Part shown: one piece after another, positions 27,775 through 40,800 of the stretch | Layout: every line of letters starts with the position of its first letter | Position numbering within the stretch: position 1 is the stretch's first letter | Source: Vicugna vicugna | Lineage: Eukaryota | Direction of reading: 5' to 3' | Assembly: GCA_013265495.1 (NCBI GenBank) | Contig: MU057651.1 | Span: 1,623,674 to 1,687,673, forward strand | DNA: 64,000 nucleotides | The notes under the pieces: generated by a model | What the model was told of the DNA's origin: nothing | Databases searched by the model: none | What the model saw: only the letters and a program-made list of their open reading frames with translations | Made by a program: the position numbers and the translations under genes

Positions 27775-27898
27775 GTTACTTGCAACCCCGGGATCTGCCC
27801 AGCCGGGGCGTCTTCCCCTTTGTCCGAAGCCTTCTGTGCAACACTGGGTCGAGGTGCAGAAACACCAGTTATGAAGGGTCCGGTGAGCACCGTTTTGG
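27775..27898 (+). CDS. ABCA13: ABCA13 exon 3 (124 nt)
   Basis: Acceptor catccag|GT and donor TTGG|gtaagc. Translates (C)[40 protein letters not shown], the conserved ABCA LPSxGxxPFxxSLLC motif. Confidence 0.93.
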
Positions 27899-29099
27899 GT
27901 AAGCGTCCTTTTCAGAATTCGTGGGAAGCCGGCGTGTAGAACGTGCACGATGCTTTTAGTGCAGCCTCTGTAATTCGGGATCGGTCGTGAAAAACAGAGA
28001 TCATGAAAACACAGAATCTGGAGTTACAAGAAAATCAGTCTTATTACATTCAGGCTCGCATGGTAACAGCTCCAAGTAATGCTTTGTTTCCAGCTCAAGG
28101 TCTTCCCACTGCTGTTTGAAGAATCGCACAGTGGTTTCTGATTAGGAAATGCCATCTGCTTGTCCTAGTTTGTGTTCTGTGGGTTTAAACTCTGTCCTCA
28201 AAATTCACTTTCTTAGCCAGCTATTCGTTTTGGTGCCAAATGCCCCCCCAAACAGGTATTTTTTTGAGTCACCCCCTGGACTTTTTCCTACTGTGCAATT
28301 TCTAACCAGAACCCTGTTCGCAACTGAGATCAATCAAAACACCTCTTTTTTCCTCAAACGAACCGCTTCCATGGACCAGGTGACAGTTAGCTCTCCTGCT
28401 GTGGCACTGGGTGCTACGCCAGGCCTGTGTCTGCCCACAGCACCAGGTGGCGTCAAAGACCAAATAAACAGAGAAAGAGCGGGAGATACTCTCAACATAA
28501 AGGAGGTTTTAACTTGGGGCATCATGACTGCCCTGGAATCTTCTCTCAGTGGAGCGCGGAGCGAAGGGAGGTGACTGACCAGTGGTCCGTGAATTCATCA
28601 CGTGTGAGTGATCTGGGCTTGTTTTCTCTGTACTTTGTGCCGCCGAGCAATCTGAGATGTTTAAACGTAAAGCACGTTAAGACACGTGACCTTATCTTTC
28701 ATCGTTAAGTGACGAGAAGGAGATAAAAAGTTTCTAGGTAATTTTGGACACATCTGGTGCAGTGTTTATAAACAGTGCTTAATTATGTTTTTTTTTTGAG
28801 ATAGGTCATATCCAAGTATGATGTGAAGAGTCATAACCCTGACATTCTTGGTGATCTTTTCCCACTGTGGCCAAAGAAAGTGTATCAAACTCCCCCTTTC
28901 TGGGAAAATTGGAAGACTGGAGGCGTTCAGCATCCCCGTTTCAAGTCTTCCTTGTGGCTCTTTGTTACTCGGCGTGGGAAGCTGAAATGCTGTCAAAGTC
29001 GGAAAAGTTGGGCTTCTCACCCCGACACTAGTTAGTTGCTTGAATCTCTGCAAATTTTTTTAAAATACAGACGATCCATTTTGTGGCTTTTTAATACAG

Positions 29100-30890
29100 C
29101 TTTAAATTTTTTTATTTTACATACAACGGCCACATCACCTGGAAATAACAGTTTTGCTCCATCCTTTCCTACCTGGATGCTTTTAAATTTCTTTTATTCA
29201 TAATTTGACATGTTCTTCTTTGTTTATTTCCTTGTTTATGTTCAGACTAGGGTCACTGAGTTTAGATCTTGTCCAACATAAAGATAAAAGGCCTTATGTT
29301 TCTTTCTGAGCATGGCTTTCCCACGGCTCACAAAGCTTGAGACGCTGTAAGATGGTTTGCATAAAGTTAAAAGTATTAACTGGTTCCCACTGTGGTTTCT
29401 TCTTTGACTCAGGGGCAATTTTAGGTTACACGTTTAGGTTCTAAATATCTGAGGATTTCCCTGAAATCTTTTTCATCACCAATTTATGCTTAATTCTGCC
29501 ATGGTCAGAGAATTCTGAGATTTAGGGGTTCTTAAATTTGCCGAGGCTTGTTTCATGACCCTCCCATCTGGTCCCCTCTGGTAAATTTTTAACGTTACTG
29601 AAGACACTGTCTGCTTTCTCCTGTTGCTCGTGGAGTGTTGTTCGTCTTTCTGCATCCTTCCTGATCTTCTGTCTGTTATTTCTGTAAATTATCAAGAAAC
29701 GGTTTGAAATCTCCAGTCATCGCTGTGTTCTATTCTGGCTTTCTTTTCGGTTCTTTCGGCTTTTGCTTCATTTGTTTGGAAGCTCTGGTGCATACACATT
29801 AGGATTGTTCAATCTTTTTTACTGACTCATTTATTAATACAATGATATATAATTATCTCTACTGTACATTATGCATATAGCACATTATTTATACAATATA
29901 TCACGGAGCGTATGATAAACACAATATAAAATAACATTACATCCGTTATATAAACATTGCATTATAATATACAGTGTATTATATAATATACAATCTCTTT
30001 ATCTCTGGTTATAGTCCTTGTTTTGAAGTCTGATTTGTTGGATATTTGTATAAACACTGTGACTTTCTTTTGCTTACTGTTTCATAAGATATCTCTTCCC
30101 GTTTTGTTCTACTTTTTGGCTCTCTGTGTCTTTATCTTTAAAATTTAAACAGCATGTGGTTGGCTGTTTCGTGTTGCCCAGTCTAACAAGCTTTGCTTTT
30201 AGGCCACTTATGTTTAATATTGGAGTTACCTGCTGCCCCTTGTTTTCCATGTTTGCCGTCTCTTCCATGCCCCTGTTTTTCTCCTTATTACCTTGTTTTC
30301 TGTAAACTGAATATTTCTCTTTCTTTAATGTTTCTCTGCTATTGACCTATTAGCTGTAACATTTCTGTTGCATTTTTCTAACAATTTGTGTCATTTCACC
30401 CTAGTGTACGTGGATCTGTGGAAGTGGTTCCTAGAAGCAGAATTGCAAGCCAAGAGATAAATACATTTAAAATTGTAATGTCCTTCCCCGAACGCTCCTT
30501 TGTGGGGATTGTAATATACTGCACTCTGTCTTCCAAGATATGACGCTGTCTCTGTCTCTAGGACAGTGTCAGAGCTTTAGATTTCTGCCATCTGATTTCT
30601 CATTAATTTCTTCATGAGCAGTGGTGTCTCAGTGCAGTTTTAACTGCGTGTTTCTTCTTATGGGAGATGTTGGACCTACTTTTATACCACTGTGTACAAT
30701 TTATACTTATTTTCCCGTGAAATATTCTTCCTGTCCTCTGTCACTTTTTCTCTTGGTTCACTATTTTTTTCTTCTTGATTTCTAGAGACTCTTGACATAT
30801 GAAGGAGTTCAACCCTTTGTCTGTGATACGAGGTGTACATATTCTTCCCTGAGTTTGCCATTTATTTTTTGACTTTGCTAATTTTTAAGT
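29100..30890 (-). mobile_element. Degraded ancient L1M fragments with AT-rich insert
   Basis: Antisense L1-like text (tgtggtttcttctttgactc; ttgaaatctccag; ttgaagtctgatttgttggatatt). The minus-strand ORF at 30074-30268 has endonuclease-like ILNISGL...TTCCL. Confidence 0.55.
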
Positions 30891-30969
30891 TTTCATTTAC
30901 AAGTAATGATAGACTCAAAGGAAGTTGCTAAATAGCACATCAGATTCAGCTTCTTCAAATAGTGGTGTC

Positions 30970-31100
30970 TTTTTTTGGCAGGCGGGCAGGTAATTAGGTT
31001 TATGTATTTATTGATTTTGATGGAGGGACTGGGGACCGAACCCAGGGCCTCGTGCACACCAAGCACGCACTTCACCACTAAGCTATACCCTCCCCTCCCC
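30970..31100 (-). mobile_element. tRNA-derived SINE
   Basis: ggtaattaggttt...gaacccagggcctcgtgcac...agctataccctcccc. Confidence 0.82.
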
Positions 31101-32984
31101 AACAGTGACATCTTACATAACTGTGTGTAATGTGGAAGCCGGAAGTGGACACTGGTCCAGTCCTGGTCAGCAGACTCATTTCCCCCCAGCTTACTCTGCA
31201 AATGAGCACAAGAGATCTTGATTTTGAGGACTGGCTTGGAAATCCCCTGGTGAGAAGCAAGCTGGAGACGGAGGTTACGAAATCCCATTAGGTACCGTAG
31301 CCAGTGTGTCTGGTCTGGAGTTTGGGTTTTTTGTTTTTGTTTTTAAATAGACATAAAGAAAGTCCCAAAGAAGTCTTTCCTCAGATGGGAATATCTCATA
31401 CTTGGCTTCTGTTTTACGCCCCAGATTTATTGAATGTTTCACAGGCCAGTGCACGCTTGAAGGCTGTCCGTGTAAGCACGGGCCCTGGGTGGAGGTGGAC
31501 GCTGAGGGACAGGGTCCGCCCTGGGCAGCCCGGCGCATCCAAACTGGGGTCCCTAAGACGGTTATATTTGCCTTTGGGTCTCGTTTACCTTAAGAAATAA
31601 TTCTAGTTCTGCAGGCGCTTGTCTTAGTAGTAAACTAATAGGAAAAGATTAGCACAGGTTACAATAGGAACAACACGCACAATGCTTTATCTTGCTTGTC
31701 TATTCCCGCAGCTCTGAGGCTGAAAGCATGTCTCTTGCAGCATTCGCAGTATTATCACTGCCCTTTGTTCTCATTTAAGGAGAGTTGGGAGCTGGATCTG
31801 TGCTCGGATTTGATGCAGGTCCCTCCTACAACCTATTACGTCAGTACCATTTGAAAGATGATTTTCCGAGGAAGACGTTGCTTGGGGAACATTTTGACTC
31901 CAGGGGAACCCTCATGGGGCCTCATTCCCTATGTGCAATCTGAGGGCTGAGCCTGAGGGGTTCCCCCCACCCTGGACACCCTGGCATCCTTCACTGGAGT
32001 CACCTGGGCATGGTTGGACCCTGGTCCTCGGGGAGGGTGGCTTCATGACTTCTCTGAGGGCTGAGAAAGAAGTGCAGTCACCTGCTCGGTGGCCCTTCCT
32101 TGTCTTCCTGTGTCCAAGCATCCATGTCCGCCTCTGCCTTTCATAACTCCTTTCATACCTGGCCAGCTCAGATGTTGCACGATAAAAAGACCGAGGGAAG
32201 AATTGGAATCAGGAAGGAGGAACTTGGTTTGCACCCAAATCCTATTACATTATGGGGCTCCGATTTCCCTGGGGCTCTGAATTTCTCTCTCTCTCTCGCT
32301 CACTCACACACAGACACACAAATACTTAACCCAGGATTTCCTTGTATGTATTTTTTTACTATAAACATTTGTCGTGTTGGTAAGAGTTCATCATCTGGTC
32401 TTTAGGATGCATGGAGGTAATTTTGGGATAATTGTTAGAAGAAGAACATACAACCAGCGCATGATCACAGGGAGACTCACCTGGACTCACACCAGTCTCT
32501 GCAACCTGGTAATTCTGTGGGTTCCCAGGAGGGTCCCACGTGTGGTTGAAGCGGGTGAGTGTGTTCTGTGGACCACAACTTCCAAGGATCCCTTATTATC
32601 CTTTCAAAGTGATCACACAGATTTCTTGTGCTTTTGGAATTCTGAGCCACCCAAGGTGAAGGCCACCCGTCGAAAGGTGAGATTTCCATCCCGTGTAGCA
32701 GGTGACGGACCAGGGCTGGGCTCTGCCAGGGCCGGGTCCTCGCTCTGCCTCATCCAGCCCCTTGCTTTCAGCAAATTCAGTTTGATTCTCTGGACCTCGC
32801 TTCTTCATGTCTAAGTGAAGGGACCTGGACGGCATGGAATTCGTTTTATTCATCACCAAACTTTGGGTGGGTCTCCTCTGACTTCAGCGTCAGAGTTGGT
32901 GACAGTTGAATGGTGGTGTTCCTGGTGTAGAGGGAGCTGGTGCAAGCTTTGTTATTCTTTCATGGTGGATTTACCTGTTGACAA

Positions 32985-33470
32985 GGGTTACTTCTGTTCA
33001 CGAGTCCAAGCTCACGCTGTTCGCTGCACGGCAGGCCAGTAAATGGAGAGAACATGTTTTGGGGCAGGAGTAGCGACTTTGTTCAGAAAGCCAGCAGACT
33101 GAGAAGATGGTGGACCCGTGTCCCAAAGAGCCATCTTCCTCCCAGTTAAAATTCAGGCCTCTTTTATACCAAAAGGGAGGGAGTTAAGTCTTGATTCTGG
33201 TCAGCCCCTGGAGGGGACATGTTAATTTCCTCCTTCCTGCAGCCACTCGCAGATGGGCTGGTCAGGATGCTTCCTGGGAGCTAAACAAAGGTTCTTTAGC
33301 TTAATGCTCATTTCCTGGGAGGCAGGGTTCCCAGAGATGGGCCATCATGTATACTTTAAGCTTGTAGGCAACATCCCTTTAGTGATTAACTTATAACAAA
33401 AGCAACAGATATGAAGTTGAAAGTAAAAGAAACAGACCCAACGCGGACTCAGAGTTGTTCCTCCCTCGTC
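32985..33470 (-). mobile_element. ERV1-like solo LTR, antisense
   Basis: gtccaagctcacgctgttcgctgcacggcaggccagtaaat...actttgttcagaaagccagcagactgagaagatggtggac...ctcttttatac (TATAAAAG on the minus strand). Confidence 0.6.
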
Positions 33471-33904
33471 CACTTCCTTCACACTGTAATCTGTCTAGTA
33501 AAGGTTTTGGAATTTAAAAAAATCTAACAGGTTCTATAATTTTCCAATCAGGAACAACTTCCCCAATTTTACTTTTTTCCCTCTTGGACGTGGTGCACGT
33601 AATTGGGCACCTGCTTACTTCAACAAGCTCCCAGCCACTTGTGAAACAAGTCTCTCTTTTAAATCAGCAGCTTCATACCGATTAAAATAAATCCCCACTG
33701 AATCTGAGATCAGATGTAGATGGGGGAGATGATGCTGATTTTAAAGGTCGTGTGAATGTGCCCTCTTGTTTACTAGGAAAAAAATATTTTCCCCCGTACA
33801 TGATATATATATGTAAAAATGTATAAAAAGTTAAGAAAAACATAGCCATTTTATCATCATTTTTCAGTTAGAATTATATAGTATTATTAAAACAGCAAAA
33901 ATCC

Positions 33905-34960
33905 AATGAGTAAATTTTACTTTTATTTAAAATTTAAAATTTTAATTTCTTAAATTAAATTTTTTTAAATTGAAGTATAGTTGCTTTACAATATTGTGTT
34001 AGTTTCAGGTGTACAACAAAGTGATTCGGTTATACATATGTATGTGTGTATATTTTTATTTTCCTATTTTTTCTTTTACAGTTTATTCCAAGATATTGAA
34101 TGTAATTCCCTGTGCTGTATAATAAATCCTTGTTGTTTATCTATTTTATATATAGTCATATGTATCTGTTAATCCCTGGCTCTCAATTTATCCCGTCATC
34201 CTTCTCCCTTTGGTCACCATATGTTTGTTTTCTTTGTCTGGGAGTCACTTTCTGTTTTGTAAATAAGTTCATGTGCATCATATTTTAGATTCCACATATG
34301 AGCGATCTCATATGGTGCTTTTCTTTCCTTTCTGGCTGACTTCACTTAGAATGACAATCTCCAGGGACATCCATGTTGCTGCAAATGGCATTATTTAATC
34401 CTTTTCATGGCTGAGTAGTATTCCATTGTATAAATATACCACTTCTCCTTTATCCAGTCATCTGTTGATGGACATTTAGGCTGTTTCCATGTCTTGGCTA
34501 TCGTAAATAGTGCTGCTATGAAGGGTGCAGGTGTCGTCCTGAAGTAGGGTTCCTTCTGGATATAAGCCCAGGAGCAGGATTCCTGGGTCATACGATAAGT
34601 CTATTCCTAGTCTTTTGAGGAATCTCCATACTGTCCTCTACAGTGGCTGCACCAAACTGCATTCCCACCAGCAGTGAACAGGGTTCCCCTTTCTCCACAG
34701 CCTCTCCAGCATTTGTCATTTGTGGACTTTTGAATGACGGCCATTCTGGCTGGTGTGAGGTGATACCTCACTGTAGTTCTGACTTGCATTTCTCTGATAA
34801 TTAGCGATGCTGAGTACCCTTTCACATGCCTGCTGGCCATCTGGATTTATGTCTTCTCTGGAGAAACGTCTGTTTGGGTCTTCTGCCCATGTTTGGGTTG
34901 GGTTTTTTTGTTTTTGTTGTTACTAAGTTGTATGAGCTGCTTGTTTGTTTTGGAGGTTAA
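33905..34960 (-). mobile_element. 5'-truncated L1 (3' UTR plus ORF2 C-terminus)
   Basis: Minus-strand peptides IIREMQVRTTVRYHLTPARMA and FIAALFTIAKTWKQPKCPSTDDWIK. Artiodactyl-type 3' UTR (ttgaagtatagttg...acaatattgtgttagtttcaggtgtacaac) and T-rich tail. Confidence 0.92.
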
Positions 34961-35314
34961 CTGGGTAAATTTTAAAGATTTAATTGGCTTTACTGAAGGA
35001 TTCATGACTCGGGCACGCTGGCTAATGTGTGTGGAACATGTGAAAAAAAGGACATAACTAATAAATAATGTGGTTGAGCCTCACAGATGATAAAGAGGTG
35101 GAGAACCGCTTCCTAACTTTAAATCGGCCAAGTTTTTAAAAAAGCTACTTTCCATTCTGGGCAAAGGCCCAGTAAGGCGGGCTGTTCAAGGCAGTTGGTG
35201 GAGGTGTAAGTGGTACGAGGTTTGTGGAAACACTTCAGCATTGGGTGTCAAGGACCTTGAAGACGCCAAGCCTTGAAGACTCCTGCTTGTGGTATTTATT
35301 CCATTTCTCTAAAG

Positions 35315-35469
35315 TTCGTCTAGGTTCCAGAGTATAGTCGGCCGTGGCGAGAAGATCAACGACCTGGCCTTCTTGGTGGAGATCCAGGACCTCGCCGAGG
35401 AAATTTACGAAGTGATGGACAAGGCACAAAACTTGCAAACACTCTGGGTAGAAAGATCCAAGACCCCAG
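35315..35469 (+). CDS. ABCA13: ABCA13 exon 4 (155 nt, GC donor)
   Basis: Acceptor ctctaaag|T. Translates [51 protein letters not shown]. Donor CAG|gcaagt keeps frame with exon 5. Confidence 0.88.
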
Positions 35470-35684
35470 GCAAGTAAATCCGTCCAGCTGTCCACGCTCA
35501 GCTCCCGTGCGGCTGTGAGACCCAGAATGGCTTTAGAATCCTGTTTACGTTCATCAGTGTGGGCGTAGCTGTCTCCCGGGCAGGATTCTGGGGATGGTCC
35601 GCGTGGTTTTAGAACCCAGACAGGCGCTGGGCAGAGCGTTCTGACTGCTGAGTGAACTAAGCTCTGAAACCTTCTTTCTCGTAG

Positions 35685-35713
35685 GTGCCTCTGATGGCTC
35701 CAGCTTTTTATCA
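35685..35713 (+). CDS. ABCA13: ABCA13 exon 5 (29-nt small exon)
   Basis: Acceptor ttctcgtag|GT and donor TCA|gtaagt. Translates (G)ASDGSSFLS. It supplies the phase 1 to phase 0 change needed between exons 4 and 6. Confidence 0.85.
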
Positions 35714-36275
35714 GTAAGTATCTTCACAAAAGCCTGAGACTCAGTCTTTGGGGACGTAACGTTCAAACACCGGCTTTGAGTTTATCTTTCCAGCCCCTCT
35801 CGCTGAGGGTCTGACCGTCAGTAGCGCTGTGCGGGGAAGGGTCCGGGGCCTCCGGCAGCCACTCACGAGATGGGTGCAAAGCTGAGGTTTAAGTTCCCAC
35901 GCCGGGCTCCGGGCCCGGAGAAAGCAGAAGGGGCACCGTGAGGCCCCGAGGGTGGTGGGTGACCCAGAGCGAGGGGCCTTGTAGGACGGCCTCGCGGTCC
36001 GTCTGACCCTGTCAGGACGGAGGGTCACGTGCTTGGCCCACACCTTGGCTTTCCTTGCAGCACATCCCCTCAGTGAAGGCGCTTGTTTGCGGCGTGGGCA
36101 CGTTCCGCTTTCCCAGGACGTTTGACAATGTGCGGGCGCGTTTTAGGTTTTCACACCGGGTAGGGGGCTGATGTCACGCTGGACCATTGGAGGCCTGGGG
36201 TCGGTGTTGCTGTCGGTCCTTCAGCTCCCGCGGGAGGCAGATGGTTGAACTGAACATTGAACTGCCCTGGAATAC

Positions 36276-36405
36276 TTTTTTTCTCCTTGGTTGAGGGTAC
36301 TTAGTTTTACTTAGTAATTTATTTTTAGAGGAGGCACTGGGGCTTGAACCCAGGACCTCGTGCATGCTAAGCACATGCTCCACCACTGAGCTCCACCCTC
36401 CCCCC
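36276..36405 (-). mobile_element. tRNA-derived SINE
   Basis: ttgaacccaggacctcgtgcatgctaagcacatgctccaccactgagctccaccctccccc. Confidence 0.85.
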
Positions 36406-36952
36406 TGGTTTTATGTCATGACTGTGTTGTCAAAATATTCTTTTAACCGCATTTAAAATCTTTACCTTCCTCCAGACTTAGAGTCTCTTGACTGTTGCAT
36501 CAAAACCAGCGTGGTGCTGGGGAGGGCGGGGGGGCGTTTTGTGTGGGTGGACACCCCAGTTATGGACCTGGGCGTCAGCTGGGACTGTGGTCCGTGTAGG
36601 AACGGAAAAACCCAGAACAACAGTGGGGCTTCCAGTTCTGTTCATGTTGGAACGGGTCACCTTTTCTGTCCAAAATCTATCTCAAAATCTGAGAAATCAG
36701 TCCACCTTGTTACAAAAACAGACCTGTGCCTCTCTGCCCAAACTTCCACAACGTTAACAAAACAAAACAAGACAAAAACACGTGCGGACTGATTTTGAAA
36801 TCTTCCCTGTTCAAATAGTGACGGATTCGGTGTGACCCTCCCCCACCCCGGCTTCTGCATCCTTAAGAGCTTTGCAGCTCTGCCCCCACCCCCGTCATTT
36901 AACTGATGTACGAAACTAAAGAGGGAACCTTGGGGCATTTTGCTTCTGTCAG

Positions 36953-37116
36953 ATGGACCTCAATCAGACCGAGGAGGCGATAGCGACACTGGAACATCTG
37001 CTCCGGCAGCCCCAGGTCTGGGACTTCCTCCTTTCCCTGCCGGGGCTGTTCGCGCACAACGTGCACGTGGAGGACGGCGTCCGGGCTGCACTTCACCTGC
37101 TCCGCGCGGTGTTCAA
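36953..37116 (+). CDS. ABCA13: ABCA13 exon 6 (164 nt)
   Basis: Acceptor ctgtcag|ATG and donor TTCAA|gtacgt (ends in phase 2). Translates MDLNQTEEAIATLEHLLRQPQVWDFLLSLPGLFAHNVHVEDGVRAALHLLRAVF. Confidence 0.9.
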
Positions 37117-37344
37117 GTACGTTGAAAACAAGAACAGGACGAGTCGCAGGAGGGGATTCTGACAGTGGGGAGCCTGGCCTTGTGCAAAGAGCGTTGGGAT
37201 TGCTTCCTGGAGCAGGAAGTCCCACCAGCCGCCCTTAAACCCTACAGCAGCGAGTCCTAGCACCTCTCGCCGCGGCCGAGAGGGGGATCTAAGATGTAAG
37301 AAGACATTGAATCCTAGGATTCTTCTGGCATAAATAGCAGACTT

Positions 37345-37547
37345 TTTTATTTTCCATAATATACCTTTTCCTTTACATTTTCTAGCTCACTTTATTTACT
37401 TACGTTTGTGTGTGTGTGTGTGTGTGTCTGGGTGGACGGCAGTAATTAGATCTGCTTACTTATTTTTTGGAAGAGGGACTGGGGATTGAACCCAGGGCGT
37501 CGTGCCTGCTAAGCACGCGCTCTACCCCTGAGCTGTGCCCTCCCCCC
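37345..37547 (-). mobile_element. tRNA-derived SINE with (TG)n-containing tail
   Basis: ggggattgaacccagggcgtcgtgcctgctaagc...gagctgtgccctcccccc. Flanking direct repeats aatagcagactt and agttgcagactt. Confidence 0.82.
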
Positions 37548-37845
37548 AGTTGCAGACTTATCTTTAATGATCAGGCGTAGAAACACACTGAGTAAAGTCA
37601 TTTGCAGTGCGTTGTTTCCGGTGCAGGAGGCGGGCTTTAAGCTCAGCTGCGTTTGCAGGTTTCTAACACATTGCCAGATGCTCACGTTAATTTAATTTCT
37701 GTTGGGAAACCACACTTTGCAGGCAACATTTCATTCATGTTTCACTACAGACCAGTTCATCATCTTGAAAAAATATGGTAGGTTGAATTTGTCTTGAATT
37801 GATTGACTTTCTTCTGATTCTGAAACAGTTGTGTTACTATTACAG

Positions 37846-40800
37846 GGTCTTAACTTCCGCAGAGGGACTTCTGCTGGTGGAAGAGAAGTTGCACGCCCTT
37901 GGGGATGAGCAAGTGGGCTTTCTTTCATCTTTCATGGAATATTTGGAGAAATTTTTATTGCCGAATCTTTTCGACTCGGACGGGGCTCCCAGATTCCATA
38001 ACCTCTCATTTCTCCCCGAGACTATTCTAAATACAAGTCATTTGTGGATAAGTCGTTTTAAAAGTTTAGAGAGAGACCCATCTACGCAGACACTTCTGGA
38101 ATTCGGCGAAGAGATGATCAAAAAAGTCCAAACTCTTGAAAGTCTCTGGGTAAGGAAGGAATCAAGAAATATCTCGAGACTCATGGAACTGGTGCTTTCT
38201 CAAATTAACCCCAAGTTACTGGATTTGTGGATGCGTGGCCTTTCGGAAGGAGAAAGAGCTAAACTGGAAATCTTGCCTACAACTGCAAATTTTTCTGATC
38301 CAGAAAGTGAGACGGTTCTCAGGAAAAGCCTTAACTTTTCCCAGTTGTTCCGTTCAGATGGGCCTACATCGCCAGCCACGGAAATGGATTTTGTTCGTTT
38401 AAGTGAAATTATGATAAAAAGTCTCCAAGAATTTGGATTTCTGAGGCAGGAGCAGGTCTCGAAAGCTGTGGACACAGTCTACGCCCTGAGGAACGCATCT
38501 GATCGTTTCTCAGCCCTTTCGGAACCTCAGAAACGAGACGTTGATCAAATGTTGACTCATCTGTATGTCAGTGTCTTCCAGGACCCAGACGCAGCCTTGC
38601 TTCTGCAGATTTATTGTTCATTTTACCAAAGCATGAATCAGCTCTTGAGCATTCGGACTGGAGAATCTTTGCTGTCTTTCCTGACACAAACCTCAAAACA
38701 CATTTTGAACCTCACAAAGCAGTTTGATCTCCAAGAGTTCAGTAAAGCAATTACGTTCTTCCATGAAACAGCGAGGGTTCTCGGGGGAGTTTCTGAAGCA
38801 TCTTCTTGTCAGCAGTTGCTTGCGATTTTTAACTTTTTGGAGCATCAAGGCCAATCCCCAGTGTCTGCAGAGGGCCCAGAAACGGCGGCGATCCACGTGA
38901 CTCTGACGGGCCTCAGGCAGCTCTTCACCGTGGACGAGGATTTCCGTGTTGCTTTGCTTCAGTACGTGAGCCAGCTCTTCAACGGCTCAGTAGAAGCCCT
39001 GCTGGGGCATGAATGCTCTGTTTTGGGTGATAAAAGCATTTCTCCTGTGAACTATTCGATAGATGGGGGGTCTTCAGTCATTCCTCCGTGGGCTCAGATC
39101 CTTTCCAGCCTCTCAGCCAACGGCAGTAAACTCAGTGAGTTTATGGGGGTCCGTTGCACCATCTCATGGCTTCAGATGTGGACTGAAGTCTGCACGTACG
39201 TGGCTCGGGTATGTCAGCTGGACGTGAATGTTCTCAGTCCTCTCCACGATGGCCTCACTCAGCTTTTGGGTGAGCTGGAAAGAGATGTGAACATTCCTCG
39301 GGGCTGCCCGGGACTGTTTCCCACCCATCACCCTGCTCGCCTCTTACTACATTTGTTTAAAAATTTAACCCCACCGGATGGCTTTCACGATTGGGACAAC
39401 GTTCTGAGTCTTAAGGGCCTCTCGGCAGCATTAAGAGATGGGTTAGTCAGAGCAAAGCTGCTCCGCCTGGACCACGTGGAGAAATTCCTCTTCACCGTGG
39501 AAACTGCCCTGAGTCAGCTAAAGTCACTCCCATCAAACACGCCTGGGAGCAGAGACTTCTTACATTCTGTGCTTGACGTTTTCATGGAATTGAGCAACAC
39601 TGCAGAACAGACAGAGAGACGTGTCCATCGGACCCGTCGCTTTCTTTCAAATAATCTCTCAAATTATGAAGCAGAGTTTGCAAGTCTCATTCCTCGCCTG
39701 AGAGAAACGGTATTATTTCTTAAAAATGTGTCTCACGACCGAGATTTACCGTCCTGTGCTGACGTCTTCCGAAATGTAACGGAGTTTATTTTGGAAGGTG
39801 GCCTATGCTGTGTGAATACTTCGCAGAGGACGTCGCACCTCCTGGCCGTGTTAAATTCCACGTTTTCCTCCGAGGACGCAGTTAGCAGACTGGAGGGGTG
39901 CGTCGCATGGATAGACACCGTCAGCCGTCTGTGTGTGATGGGTAACTCCAGCTTTTCACAAGGCCGTCCTCAGGGCCTTTTGGGGAGCTTCGCGGACGTG
40001 GAAGACAAAATTAACTCCACCTTGAAGCTTGTTACTTGGCTGTTGGCTGGAACGGAACCCAGCTGTTCACCGAATACGTCAAATATGAATTGTGTGAATG
40101 CTTACTTAAAAAACGTGACTGCCTTGCTGAACGCGATACTTGCTACAGTCTTTGAGAAAGAAGGGGTTCCCGAATTTGAGATTTTATCAACTCTTTTCAA
40201 TGATTCCACAAACCAAGTCAAGATGGTTATCGGCCACTTGATGAGAGACTTCGACTTTCCGTCTCAGTCCAACTGGACACGTTTCACTGAGCTGGTTCTA
40301 AAACCCATCGAAAGAGCAGACAAAATGCCGCATCGATTTCAAAACATCTGGCTGCATTTGGCAGCTCTGGGGAAGGGAGTTCAAACACTTGTGAAAGGTA
40401 TTTCCGCTAATGTCCTGGGAAATGACACCTCTTCTAAAACTGAAAAAATTGTAAAGGTATTTGCTACCAGTGCAAGGGAAACAGACATACACGGTGTAGG
40501 CAACTCATTGTATCAGTTGGCTAGTTACCTTGCTCTCAATTTATCTCACGATCCCCAACATCCGCCCAGAACAAGTACGCATGAAATGCTGAAAGCTGTG
40601 GGTCTCAGCATGCAACTGGCGAGGGACGTGTTCAACTCCCTGATGCACTCAGTTTATCGAAATGTTCCGCAAGACCCAGACAATTTCCAAGTTGTAAAGA
40701 AGGTGGCTTCTCTCCTGCGCAGTCTCAAGAAGACGGACATAGACCTGCTGGTAGGTCAGGTGGAACAAATCGGTGACAGCTTGGTGGGTTTCTTTCAGAA

